The notes under the pieces are model-generated. The model was not told where the DNA came from and searched no databases. It worked only from the letters and a program-made list of their open reading frames with translations. The translations under genes and the position numbers were made by a program. From an uncultured Bacteroidales bacterium (GTDB lineage Bacteria > Bacteroidota > Bacteroidia > Bacteroidales > VadinHA17), in NCBI GenBank assembly GCA_963816345.1, contig CAWFKI010000005.1, positions 1,695,572-1,759,571 on the forward strand: 64,000 bases of DNA, in the 5' to 3' direction. This document shows positions 20,201 through 28,320 of this stretch, in pieces. Within the stretch, counting starts at the first letter, position 1, and each line of letters starts with the position of its first letter.

Positions 20201-20485
20201 ATTCAATATCTCTTTTGATTCATTTCTTATCCACTCCTCCTGTTTTCCGCAGGACTTCATTAACTCCGGCAGATAATCCGAATGTTCGCCGGTAGCCAGC
20301 TTATGCAGATTATCCAGAATCCTGGACTTCATTTCGGCTGTGGCTTTATTGGTGAAGGTTACCGCAAGAATTTTCCTGTAATTATATCTTGACCTGAAGA
20401 GGCTCTTGAGGTAAACTTCAGTAAGCTTGTAGGTTTTACCTGATCCTGCAGAGGCACTGTATATGGTCAATGTTCCTTTTCCCAT
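17288..20485 (-). CDS. AddA-like UvrD-family helicase with C-terminal PD-(D/E)XK nuclease
   Basis: 1065 aa. Walker A SASAGSGKTYKLT, helicase motifs (FMIDEFQDTS, VGDVKQSIYRWR, TIHKSKGLEF, LLYVALTRAR). C-terminal nuclease RPDRVII...IIIDFKFGE. Confidence 0.9.
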   Translation of the reverse strand: MGKGTLTIYSASAGSGKTYKLTEVYLKSLFRSRYNYRKILAVTFTNKATAEMKSRILDNLHKLATGEHSDYLPELMKSCGKQEEWIRNESKEILNSILHDFSRFSVSTIDSFFQKILRAFAREAGLHAGFDIELDHSLILSKAIDGMIGSALAGTHLNKWLTQYAMSNIDEDKSWNLKEGISRLSEELFREKFRMFSSEEQSDLENKERLLGYIEKIRSIPVTFEKTLLESGLMAAGIISRYQLSDDMFYRKSQGIPGFIKSLASGSVKEPNCYVREIEKEPPRWSTGPVDPQLQEAVNNGLDAALRDAIHYYDGNITGYRTANAILSNIYALGILSDVLYHVHVTTTAENSFLLSDAGQLLNEITGGDQTPFIYEKVGNSFENFMIDEFQDTSIIQWNNLKPLIENSMAEGFDNLVVGDVKQSIYRWRNSDWKILGSFLDSMIDNDRFISHPLIVNWRSRSNIIRFNNSMFTIIPAQVDSLFEDDPQRAGFQKIYSEAIQKDPLRSEGGYVRIEFIENEPEGKWQDKVLGRLPSVVENLQDKGYNASDIAIIVRDGKEGASVLRTFIDYSYSCSDEKRRTYNYNVVSSDSLLLSNAPVISFIISVLSSVNDPADLISKALMLRFFLLAAGDPDAEKVSLISDKLPETSRRYFPEGYEAFTGSLRQLPLFESVENIISFFRLGELSHNVAYLNTFQDYMAGFTGSKSGDIQSFLDWWETTGSGKSVVLPGNQNAMRIITIHKSKGLEFKVVILPFLAWNLDHISSKQPFLWVRPRVAPFNEAAVVPVKYSSELSKTFFDDDYKEERHSAYIDNINLLYVALTRARDVIYGFSVDNPKTENSIACILKKAFSPGPLKDKLKDFDPEVFYDVENHFFEYGEIPASGIHESEDNSLLLSEYPVGRATGSLKLKLHGENYFAAGREEVRKKINYGKLMHEIFEGIETSADIPSAVRKLVLEGKLTEGETQELVQRIESLITTHEVAEWFAPGNLILTEAGILLPSGSSRRPDRVIIREGKTIIIDFKFGEVSPEYYKQINLYRNLLSEMGYSNIEAFIWYVDNNLIVTA

Positions 20486-20528
20486 GACCTGCCAAAGTTA
20501 ACCAAACTCCACATAAAGACAACTTTTA

Positions 20529-20536
20529 TTATCTTT
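20529..20536 (+). promoter_or_regulatory. -7 box (TATCTTTG) just upstream of mnmA
   Basis: TATCTTTG matches TAnnTTTG and ends 5 nt before the GTG start. This implies a very short or absent leader. Confidence 0.3.
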
Positions 20537-20541
20537 GCTGC

Positions 20542-21741
20542 GTGAAGAAAAAAGTAGTGATAGGCTTATCAGGCGGCGTTGATTCAAGTGTTGCGGCATG
20601 GGTCCTGAAAGAACAGGGATATGAAGTTTCCGCTCTTTTCATGAAGAACTGGTACGATACTACAGGTCTTCTTCAGAGTGAATGCCACTGGGAAGATGAT
20701 CTGATGTTCGCGGAGATGGTGGCAAGAAAGCTCAGGATTCCTTTCAGCCAGGTTGACCTCAGCCAGCCATACAGGGAAAAAGTTGTCGATTATATGTTCT
20801 CGGAATATGAGAAAGGTCGCACTCCAAACCCCGATGTACTTTGCAACAGGGAGATAAAATTTGACTCCTTTGCAGATGAAGCTCAAAAGCTCGGAGCTGA
20901 TTTTGTAGCTACCGGCCACTATTGCAGAAAGGAGGAGATAAAATCTGATGGCAAAAGTATTTACAGGCTCCTCTCGGGAGTTGACAATAACAAGGATCAG
21001 AGCTATTTTCTGTGCCAGGTCAGCCAGAAACAACTTTCCACAGCTCTTTTTCCTGTAGGGGATCTTAAAAAGACCGAGGTACGGGGCATAGCGGGTAAGC
21101 TCGGGCTTGCGACAGCTGAAAGGAAAGACTCCCAGGGAATCTGCTTTGTGGGAAAGGTACATCTGCCGACCTTCCTGCAGCAGAAGCTGAAGCCGGCGAA
21201 AGGAGAGATAATTGAAATTGACGGCAACCTGGCATATCCTGTGATTGAAGAAGGATTGCCCGGCTGCGAGGCAACGGAAGAAACGCTGCAGCGGCTTACA
21301 GAACCTGTCAGATATGAGCCGTCATCCGGAAAGGTCATAGGAGAACATAACGGAGCTCAGTTTTTTACAATCGGTCAGCGCAAAGGCATGAATGTAGGGG
21401 GTCACCGTGAGGCTCTTTTTGTTATAGGCATTGATGTTGACAGGAATATAATTTATACCGGCGAAGGTCAGTCCCACCCGGGACTGAACCGCAAGGGACT
21501 TTTTATCCGCAATGATGAAACTCACTGGATAAGAGATGATCTGGGGATGAAAAGCGGGGAATGCCGTGATTATATGGTCAGGATAAGATACCGGCAGCCA
21601 TTGCAGAAAGCCAGGATATACTGCCGCAACAATGGATTATATGTCATATTCAATGAACTGCAGAGAGGAATTGCTCCCGGCCAATTCGGTGCATGGTATG
21701 ATGGTGAAGAACTGATCGGTTCCGGTGTGATTCACCGTTAG
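20542..21741 (+). CDS. mnmA: tRNA 2-thiouridine(34) synthase
   Basis: 399 aa. PP-loop [10 protein letters not shown], then NPDVLCN and GHYCR motifs. Confidence 0.95.
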   Translation: MKKKVVIGLSGGVDSSVAAWVLKEQGYEVSALFMKNWYDTTGLLQSECHWEDDLMFAEMVARKLRIPFSQVDLSQPYREKVVDYMFSEYEKGRTPNPDVLCNREIKFDSFADEAQKLGADFVATGHYCRKEEIKSDGKSIYRLLSGVDNNKDQSYFLCQVSQKQLSTALFPVGDLKKTEVRGIAGKLGLATAERKDSQGICFVGKVHLPTFLQQKLKPAKGEIIEIDGNLAYPVIEEGLPGCEATEETLQRLTEPVRYEPSSGKVIGEHNGAQFFTIGQRKGMNVGGHREALFVIGIDVDRNIIYTGEGQSHPGLNRKGLFIRNDETHWIRDDLGMKSGECRDYMVRIRYRQPLQKARIYCRNNGLYVIFNELQRGIAPGQFGAWYDGEELIGSGVIHR

Positions 21742-21769
21742 TCAACCTGCAGGATGGGCGGGTACATAA

Positions 21770-23368
21770 TTAAGAAGCCTTGTAAAGTTTAAACAGAAGG
21801 TTTACATCCGGATCGGGTATTATCTCCACCTCTCCTTTCGTGGAAAATCTGATCTTTGTCACCCTGTTTTTTACAGGTACATTTACCTTCCTTTCACCGG
21901 AGATATCTTTAATCAGCAGCTGAAGATTGAACTCAAACAGGTCCTTCTGTTTCTGTTCAATAGTTATTTCCGTTGTCCCTGCCCCTTTCATTGCCTTATG
22001 GGTTATCTTCAGTTCAGGCTGGCCCGGAGTATAGAGCCACTGCTTAAAAAACCAGTTAAGATCCATTCCGCTGACCTCTTCCATAACATGCTGAAAATCT
22101 GAGCTCAATGCATTTGAATTACGGAAGCGGGAATAGTAGAGCCGCAAACCTTTCATGAAATTCTCATCCCCTGTTTCACGCCTTAGCATATGAAGTACCC
22201 ATGCTCCTTTCTCATATGAATTTACGCTCAGCAGATCCATTAGATTTGTGATAGTTGTATCTATGACCGGTCTGCCCTGTTCTTTTGTATCTTTTAATAT
22301 CCTTTTCCTTGCCGAATTCATATCTGATTTAAGCCGCTCAGCTCCCTGAAAAGATTCAAAATAGAGTGAGGTAAGATACGTGGCAAATCCTTCGCTTAAC
22401 CAGATGTGATACCAGTCAGCCTCCGTTACACAGTCTCCAAACCATTGATGTGCTATTTCGTGGGCCTCGAGTCCCTCCGCTTTACCCAGGCCTGTTACTG
22501 ACCGCTCGGAATAGAATATTGCACTTGCATTTTCGAGTCCGCCATAAATTGTCCTTGACTGGACATTTGCAAGTTTTTCGTAGGGATACCTGCCTATGAT
22601 GCGGCTGTAGTACTCCATAGGTTTCACGGCAACCGAGTAATCGTAAAATCCCTCAAGGCGGTTCTGAGGGAAGACCCATGACCATACAGGAATATTATTC
22701 ACCTCCCCTGCGTATCTTCTGGCAAATCGTGCGGCACCAAAAGTCATTACCTTTACCGGAAGAGGTTCAGACTCCCTCCAGTGGGTAAGCTTCAGATTTC
22801 CTGCAAGTGAAGATTCTTCAATCAGCATGCCGTTTGACACAACACTGTACTCTTCCGGAGCTGTAATAATAAAATCCACAGTGGCTTTTTCATAAAGATG
22901 ATCGATGCATGGAATGTAGTTATGAGCCCTGTCAGGCCAATGATCGGCAAAAAAGGTACGGTCGCCGAATCTGTTCTTTGAAATTATTAATCCGTCAGCC
23001 GGTATCCCGCTGTACTCTATGACAAATGCAATAGTGTCTGAAGGAACAGCAGTTTTATTCAGAAAGATCTTCAGCTTATCATTTCCATGCTCCCATCTGA
23101 CATCATTCCTGCCAGACAATACCCTGCCGACCGTCATTCCCTTTCCTTCTCCGTTTATCCCGGACAGATCAAAAATAACTGAATCAGTGTTATCAAGGAT
23201 CTTTAATTCAATGACACTCCGGCCTTCAATCCTGTCGGTTGTATCATTGATCGCGATACCGAATTCATAGTGCAGGACATCCAGGTTGAGATAACGATGA
23301 TATCCGTCGGATGCGGAAATAAGCGGATAAATGAATAATAACAGAAAATAACCCAAAATCTTTTTCAT
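21770..23368 (-). CDS. M1-family zinc metallopeptidase (aminopeptidase N-like), secreted
   Basis: 532 aa with a signal peptide. HEIAHQWFGD (HEXXH) followed by WLSEGFATY. GGLENAS matches the GxMEN-like exopeptidase motif. Confidence 0.9.
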   Translation of the reverse strand: MKKILGYFLLLFIYPLISASDGYHRYLNLDVLHYEFGIAINDTTDRIEGRSVIELKILDNTDSVIFDLSGINGEGKGMTVGRVLSGRNDVRWEHGNDKLKIFLNKTAVPSDTIAFVIEYSGIPADGLIISKNRFGDRTFFADHWPDRAHNYIPCIDHLYEKATVDFIITAPEEYSVVSNGMLIEESSLAGNLKLTHWRESEPLPVKVMTFGAARFARRYAGEVNNIPVWSWVFPQNRLEGFYDYSVAVKPMEYYSRIIGRYPYEKLANVQSRTIYGGLENASAIFYSERSVTGLGKAEGLEAHEIAHQWFGDCVTEADWYHIWLSEGFATYLTSLYFESFQGAERLKSDMNSARKRILKDTKEQGRPVIDTTITNLMDLLSVNSYEKGAWVLHMLRRETGDENFMKGLRLYYSRFRNSNALSSDFQHVMEEVSGMDLNWFFKQWLYTPGQPELKITHKAMKGAGTTEITIEQKQKDLFEFNLQLLIKDISGERKVNVPVKNRVTKIRFSTKGEVEIIPDPDVNLLFKLYKAS

Positions 23369-23421
23369 ACGTCCCGAAATTAAATTTTTCTGAATATCCA
23401 GACAGAACTGCTGTTAGACAA

Positions 23422-24330
23422 TCAGGTTACTGCCGGTTCATTGTTCTTCTGCCTGCTGACGACGAAAACTCCGGCAAATATCAGGAGAGCTGATATAACC
23501 ATAACCATATCAATATGATCCTGTCCCATCATTGAAGCCAGGTATGCCGCAATTACCGGCTGGGTATAGGTATAGGTACTGACAACCGTAGGACTGAGCC
23601 GCCTGAGGCCGAAAGATATCAGAAGATATCCGAGATATGTTGCGAAGACGACTACAAACCCGATGGCGAGTAACCCGTTCATAGGAATGGCTGACCAATC
23701 CATTGTGCTCCACTGACCATAGCCTGCCGGTACGGTTGTTAACATTCCGAAAAGAAATGTCCATTTCATAACAGTAACAGGATGATATTTTTCAAGCATT
23801 CTCTTAATTATAACGGTATAAAATGCCCAGCTGATCGTATTTATAAGGGTTATCACATCTCCTATGAAAGTTGAGCTTCCGATGTCCGGAGTGCCGTTCT
23901 GAAGTATTAATAATAATACCCCGGAAAGACCAATAGCAAGGCCTGTTCCCTTAAGAAAAGTGATGCTCTCCTTCAGAATAAGGGCTGCGAAGACAAAAGC
24001 AAAAATAGGATTAGTGGAGATAATTATAGATGAATTTATCGGAGAGGTCAGATTCAGACCTGCAAGAAAAAGTATCTGGTTTATCACAACGCCAAAAAAA
24101 GAACACCCTAAAAGAAACAACAGATCCTTCCTGCTGACATGTTCCTTTGGTAAAAAAAGGCCTGTTATCCAGAAAAGAGCTGTTGCAAGGAGGCTTCTGA
24201 GGGAAACGAGGGCAAGAGGTTTAATAAATCCGGGCATTACAGCTTTTGCTACCGAGTAATTTATCCCGTATATTATATTGGCAGCCAGCAGTGCAAGGTG
24301 TGCCCAGGTCTTTAACCTTTTTTTGTGCAT
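23422..24330 (-). CDS. EamA/DMT-family transporter
   Basis: 302 aa, 10 predicted TM helices arranged as two EamA-like halves. Confidence 0.88.
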   Translation of the reverse strand: MHKKRLKTWAHLALLAANIIYGINYSVAKAVMPGFIKPLALVSLRSLLATALFWITGLFLPKEHVSRKDLLFLLGCSFFGVVINQILFLAGLNLTSPINSSIIISTNPIFAFVFAALILKESITFLKGTGLAIGLSGVLLLILQNGTPDIGSSTFIGDVITLINTISWAFYTVIIKRMLEKYHPVTVMKWTFLFGMLTTVPAGYGQWSTMDWSAIPMNGLLAIGFVVVFATYLGYLLISFGLRRLSPTVVSTYTYTQPVIAAYLASMMGQDHIDMVMVISALLIFAGVFVVSRQKNNEPAVT

Positions 24331-24347
24331 GTTCTGAATTTGAGTCG

Positions 24348-24355
24348 CAAAAGTA
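24348..24355 (-). promoter_or_regulatory. -7 box (TACTTTTG) upstream of the EamA gene
   Basis: The minus strand reads TACTTTTG, 18 nt upstream of the ATG at 24330. Confidence 0.35.
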
Positions 24356-24564
24356 TAAAAAGCGGGAGGAATATCAAATAAAGAAAAAATAATTCAAAAC
24401 CTGGCAGTTCAATACTTCCTGTTCGCCGGGTCCCAAAAAATTTAACCTGATTGTGGCAGGCTTTAAAAAATAGTTATCTTTCGAAGAATTCAGCCATAGT
24501 CTGAGTGTGAAGTCAGATGACATCTGGCACTCATTGGAATGGATCCAAATAAACAGCGATAAAA

Positions 24565-25269
24565 ATGAATGAAAAAATATCATTGATCAGCGGTGGAGCC
24601 AGCGGACTCGGACTGGAAATTGCCGATCTTCTTGTAAAATCGGGGAAAAATGTGATAATCCTTGGCCGTGATGAGATGAAGCTGAAAGAAGCTTCTGCCA
24701 GGCTCAAAAAATCTGCTGTTAAAAACCTGGCCGGTTCTGTTGCCAGTAATATTGGTCTTGAAGATGATATAAAAAGACTTGGCAAGCATCTTGTAAAAAA
24801 CAGATTATCAGTAGAATATCTCTTCAATAATGCAGGGATGGGGCTTTTTACAAAAGCAGAAACTTCGACATCGGCAATGATTGATAAGGTATTTGAGGCC
24901 AATCTAAAGGGAATGATACTGCTCACCTCAGAAATTTTGCGTTTAACTCCTGCAGAAGAGGAACTTACAATAGTAAATATAATGTCCACCTCGGCCCTGA
25001 TCGGGAGAGCTGAAGAGACAATCTACTGTGCTGCCAAATGGGGAGCGAGAGGATATACCGAGGCACTAAGGAGTGAACTGAAGGGAACCAGGCGGAATAT
25101 AATTGCCGTTTATCCCGGCGGCATGAAAACGGATTTCTGGAAAATTATCGGTAAGGACCGGGATGTCAGCAAGTTTATGGATCCTGCCGGGGTTGCTTCA
25201 AAAATAGTAAATGCAGTTATGGTCTCTGACAAAATGCTTGTCACTGATATTACAATAAACAGGAAGTGA
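24565..25269 (+). CDS. short-chain dehydrogenase/reductase (SDR)
   Basis: 234 aa. Cofactor motif ISGGASGLG, NNAG, and catalytic YCAAK. Confidence 0.9.
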   Translation: MNEKISLISGGASGLGLEIADLLVKSGKNVIILGRDEMKLKEASARLKKSAVKNLAGSVASNIGLEDDIKRLGKHLVKNRLSVEYLFNNAGMGLFTKAETSTSAMIDKVFEANLKGMILLTSEILRLTPAEEELTIVNIMSTSALIGRAEETIYCAAKWGARGYTEALRSELKGTRRNIIAVYPGGMKTDFWKIIGKDRDVSKFMDPAGVASKIVNAVMVSDKMLVTDITINRK

Positions 25270-25274
25270 ATATT

Positions 25275-25338
25275 GGGCTTCGGGCTTCATTTTCAATATT
25301 CAGTTGGCAGTTGGCAAAAAGCAGTTGGCAAAATTGGC
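25275..25338 (+). repeat. heptamer arrays GGGCTTC x2 and GTTGGCA x3 (+ partial)
   Basis: GGGCTTCGGGCTTC at 25275-25288. GTTGGCAGTTGGCAaaaagcaGTTGGCAaaattggc at 25303-25338. Confidence 0.9.
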
Positions 25339-25356
25339 TTTAAGAAGTTTTTTTTA

Positions 25357-25584
25357 AACCTTATTTGTATCTTCAAACCTTAGTAGAAAAAATCATATTT
25401 AAAAGAGTACAACCTTATTAGCTTATTAATAATACCAACCCGAATATCATAAGATACTTACATATAGATGAATATGATTCATTTATTAAATTTTACCAAA
25501 AAACAATAAAACCAAAAATAAGGTAATAAGGTTTGAAGATATTTTTTGTCATTTTCTACTAAGGTCAGGGAAGAAAATAAGGTT
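25357..25584. repeat. AT-rich block with AACCTTATT motif copies and nested inverted repeats
   Basis: AACCTTATT occurs at 25357 and 25411. Its complement AATAAGGTT occurs at 25517 (8/9), 25525 and 25576. ACCTTAGTAGAAAA (25377-25390) is the exact complement of 25552-25565. ATCTTCAAACC (25369-25379) is the complement of 25530-25540. Confidence 0.85.
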
Positions 25585-25635
25585 TTTTCGACCCTGGCAA
25601 AACACCAGTGTAACTCTGTGGTAATCATCTTCTCT

Positions 25636-25677
25636 CTTCGGTCTTCGGTCTCCGGTCTTCGGTCTTCAGGCTTCACG
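25636..25677 (+). repeat. heptamer array CTTCGGT x6 (degenerate)
   Basis: CTTCGGT CTTCGGT CTCCGGT CTTCGGT CTTCAGG CTTCACG, exact 7-bp period. Confidence 0.9.
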
Positions 25678-25703
25678 ATCACAGTTATCTGACAGACACG
25701 GCA

Positions 25704-26843
25704 CTAGGACAACCTGTTCTTATAATCGGTATAGCCGAATTCCCTGATCAATCTGAATTCGCCCTCAGTTGTCCATATGCCAATAGAAGGATGATGGACC
25801 CCGTTGAAGGTGGTTGTTTTTACCATCGTGTAATGGATCATGTCGAGGAATATTATTCTGTCTCCCGGTTTGAGAGGCTTTTCGAACGACCAGTCACCCA
25901 TTACATCGCCGGAGAGACATGAGTTCCCCCCTATTCTGTATGCAGGTTTTCCGGGAACAGGATCAGAACCTCCTATAATTCTGGGTTTGTAAGGCATCTC
26001 CAGGCAGTCAGGCATATGAGCAGTAAAAGAGACATCAAGAATTGCAGTTTTAATACCCTGATTTTCGACTATGTCTTCAACGGTGGCTACCAACTCCCCG
26101 GTCTCCCATGCAAATGCACTTCCCGGTTCAAGAATGACCTGAAGTCCTGTCCTTTTACGGAAGCTTTTCAGGAGTTTAATAAGATGCTCCGTATCGTAAT
26201 TTTTGCCTGTTATCAGATGCCCGCCTCCCATATTGATCCATTTCAGAAAGGGGAAAAACCTTCCGAATTTCGCCTCCACGATCTCCAGTACTTTTTCCAG
26301 GGCGTAAGAGTCTGATTCAAACAGGACATGAAAATGCAGGCCTTCAATTCCCGGAGGCAGACCTCCTTTAAGATCATCTGCAACTATTCCAAGCCTGGAA
26401 CCTGGCGAGCAGGGATTGTACAATCCGTTGCTGACCTCCGAAAACTCAGGATTGATACGTAAACCCGGGGAAACTTTTCCTGCATATCGCTGCAATTCAC
26501 CGGAATACTTATTGTACTGGCTCAATGAGTTAAATGTAATATGCGAACTGAAGTTCAGAAGGGAATAGAAGTCGCGCTCCTTAATAACGGGTGAATATGT
26601 ATGGGCATATCCATGTACCTCTTCGAAGCAAAGGCGGGCCTCATCTACCGAACTGGCAGCGGCACCCGAGATATATTCCCTCAGGATCGGGAATACTCCC
26701 CACATTGCAAAACCCTTGAATGCAAGAATTATCTCTGCACCGGATTCCTTCGAAACATGCTTTATCAGTGACAGATTTTTCCTGAATCTCTCCTCCTCCA
26801 TCACATAGCACGGGGAAGGCAATATGCTGTAATCAACAGGCAA
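25704..26843 (-). CDS. nspC: carboxynorspermidine/carboxyspermidine decarboxylase
   Basis: 379 aa. PSPCYVMEEERFRKNL start and a PLP-decarboxylase fold (INMGGGH...). It is paired with a saccharopine-dehydrogenase-family gene immediately upstream. Confidence 0.88.
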   Translation of the reverse strand: MPVDYSILPSPCYVMEEERFRKNLSLIKHVSKESGAEIILAFKGFAMWGVFPILREYISGAAASSVDEARLCFEEVHGYAHTYSPVIKERDFYSLLNFSSHITFNSLSQYNKYSGELQRYAGKVSPGLRINPEFSEVSNGLYNPCSPGSRLGIVADDLKGGLPPGIEGLHFHVLFESDSYALEKVLEIVEAKFGRFFPFLKWINMGGGHLITGKNYDTEHLIKLLKSFRKRTGLQVILEPGSAFAWETGELVATVEDIVENQGIKTAILDVSFTAHMPDCLEMPYKPRIIGGSDPVPGKPAYRIGGNSCLSGDVMGDWSFEKPLKPGDRIIFLDMIHYTMVKTTTFNGVHHPSIGIWTTEGEFRLIREFGYTDYKNRLS

Positions 26844-26884
26844 CTCTTTTAATATTATGGGGTGTCAAAATATTCTGCATCCTG

Positions 26885-28078
26885 TCATAGTTCCAGATCG
26901 ATATCGTGCAATTCAACCCAGGGCAGACCAAGGATATTCAGCTGTTCCATGAACGGATCCGGATCGAATTCTTCTACATTAAAGACACCTGCCTTTTTCC
27001 AGATGCCTTTGAGATACATCATTGCACCTATAGCTGCCGGGACTCCCGTAGTATAGCTGACTGCCTGAGACCCGGTTTCAGCATAGGCATCCTCATGCCT
27101 GCAATTATTGTAAATATAATATGTCTTTTCCCTGCCGTCCTTTATGCCTTTAATCCTGCAACCGATTGATGTCTGACCCGTATAGTTCTGCCCGAGCTCA
27201 CCCGGATCAGGAAGTACGGCTTTCAGGAACTGAATGGGAATGATCTCCCTGCCCTGAAACATAATCGGTTCTATTCCGGCCATTCCGATATTCTGTATTA
27301 CACGCAGGTGAGTAAGATACTCCTTACCGAATGTCATCCAGAACCTGGCCCTCTTAAGTGTGGGAAAATTTTTCACCAGCGATTCAAGTTCCTCATGATA
27401 GATCAGATAGGATTCCTTTTCCCCTATTTCGGGGTAATTCAATGGTTTATGAATAGCATGGGGTTTGGTAGTAACCCATTTCCCGTTTTCCCAGTACTTA
27501 CCTTTTTGCGTCACCTCCCTGATGTTTATTTCAGGATTGAAGTTTGTAGCAAACGCTTTGCCATGTTCGCCTGCATTGCAATCAACGATATCCAGATAAT
27601 GCAGTTCATCAAAATGATGTTTTGCTGCATAGGCTGTAAATACAGAGGTCGCCCCGGGGTCAAATCCGCAACCCAGGATAGCCGTAATACCTTTATTCTT
27701 AAACCTTTCCCTGTAAGCCCACTGCCAGCGGTATTCAAATTTGGCCTCTTCAAGAGGTTCATAGTTTGCAGTATCGAGATATGAAACACCCGTTTCAAGA
27801 CAGGCATCCATAATATGCAGATCCTGGTAAGGTAATGCCACATTTACAATAATATCAGGTTTATATGACTTTATAAGCCTTATAAGCTGGGGAACATTAT
27901 CTGCATCAACCTCAGCTGTTTCAATACGGTTTCTGCCTGTTTTTTCAGCTATGGCGTCACACTTTGACTTTGTGCGGCTCGCCAGCATAATTTCCGTAAA
28001 AACTTCCGGGAGAGAGGCCATTTTATGAATAACAACGGATCCGACTCCTCCTGCACCGATAACCAATACTTTTCCCAT
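26885..28078 (-). CDS. carboxynorspermidine synthase (saccharopine dehydrogenase family, CANSDH)
   Basis: 397 aa. Rossmann motif VLVIGAGGVGSVV. Size and pairing with nspC are typical of the alternative spermidine/norspermidine pathway. Confidence 0.85.
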   Translation of the reverse strand: MGKVLVIGAGGVGSVVIHKMASLPEVFTEIMLASRTKSKCDAIAEKTGRNRIETAEVDADNVPQLIRLIKSYKPDIIVNVALPYQDLHIMDACLETGVSYLDTANYEPLEEAKFEYRWQWAYRERFKNKGITAILGCGFDPGATSVFTAYAAKHHFDELHYLDIVDCNAGEHGKAFATNFNPEINIREVTQKGKYWENGKWVTTKPHAIHKPLNYPEIGEKESYLIYHEELESLVKNFPTLKRARFWMTFGKEYLTHLRVIQNIGMAGIEPIMFQGREIIPIQFLKAVLPDPGELGQNYTGQTSIGCRIKGIKDGREKTYYIYNNCRHEDAYAETGSQAVSYTTGVPAAIGAMMYLKGIWKKAGVFNVEEFDPDPFMEQLNILGLPWVELHDIDLEL

Positions 28079-28320
28079 GTATAAATAATTGTTAGAATTA
28101 CTGCAATATCTGAAGACCGGTAAGGCCGGTATAGCTTAACTCCTCTCATTACAAGCTGATCCAAATATAAGACTTAATTACGACCAATCAATCAATTTCC
28201 TGTTTCAAAATGTTATGTCAGGCTGATCCGGCCGGTAAATTTACCAATGCTTTTTCATCATTATATCAATGATGTGGGTTTCTGCTTATATTTACAATCT
28301 GAAATTTCCCGGACCTGCTT

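Noticed and set aside
9174-20485. UvrD-like helicase plus PD-(D/E)XK nuclease as a phage-defence system
   Set aside because: The sizes, motifs and C-terminal Cys cluster fit the housekeeping AddAB/RexAB-type recombination complex. No associated defence-type partners (ATPase/TOPRIM, methylase, toxin) are present.
25479-25682. ORFs translated from repeat DNA (25479-25682, 37214-37447, 59525-59758, N-terminal extension of 59644-59985)
   Set aside because: Their sequences (PEDRRPETEDRR, PPALRSMLYALFSPSPLP, MTAAGQMTREAPMT..., HSHLTSHKSH) are simply the tandem arrays read in frame. They have no start context or conservation logic.
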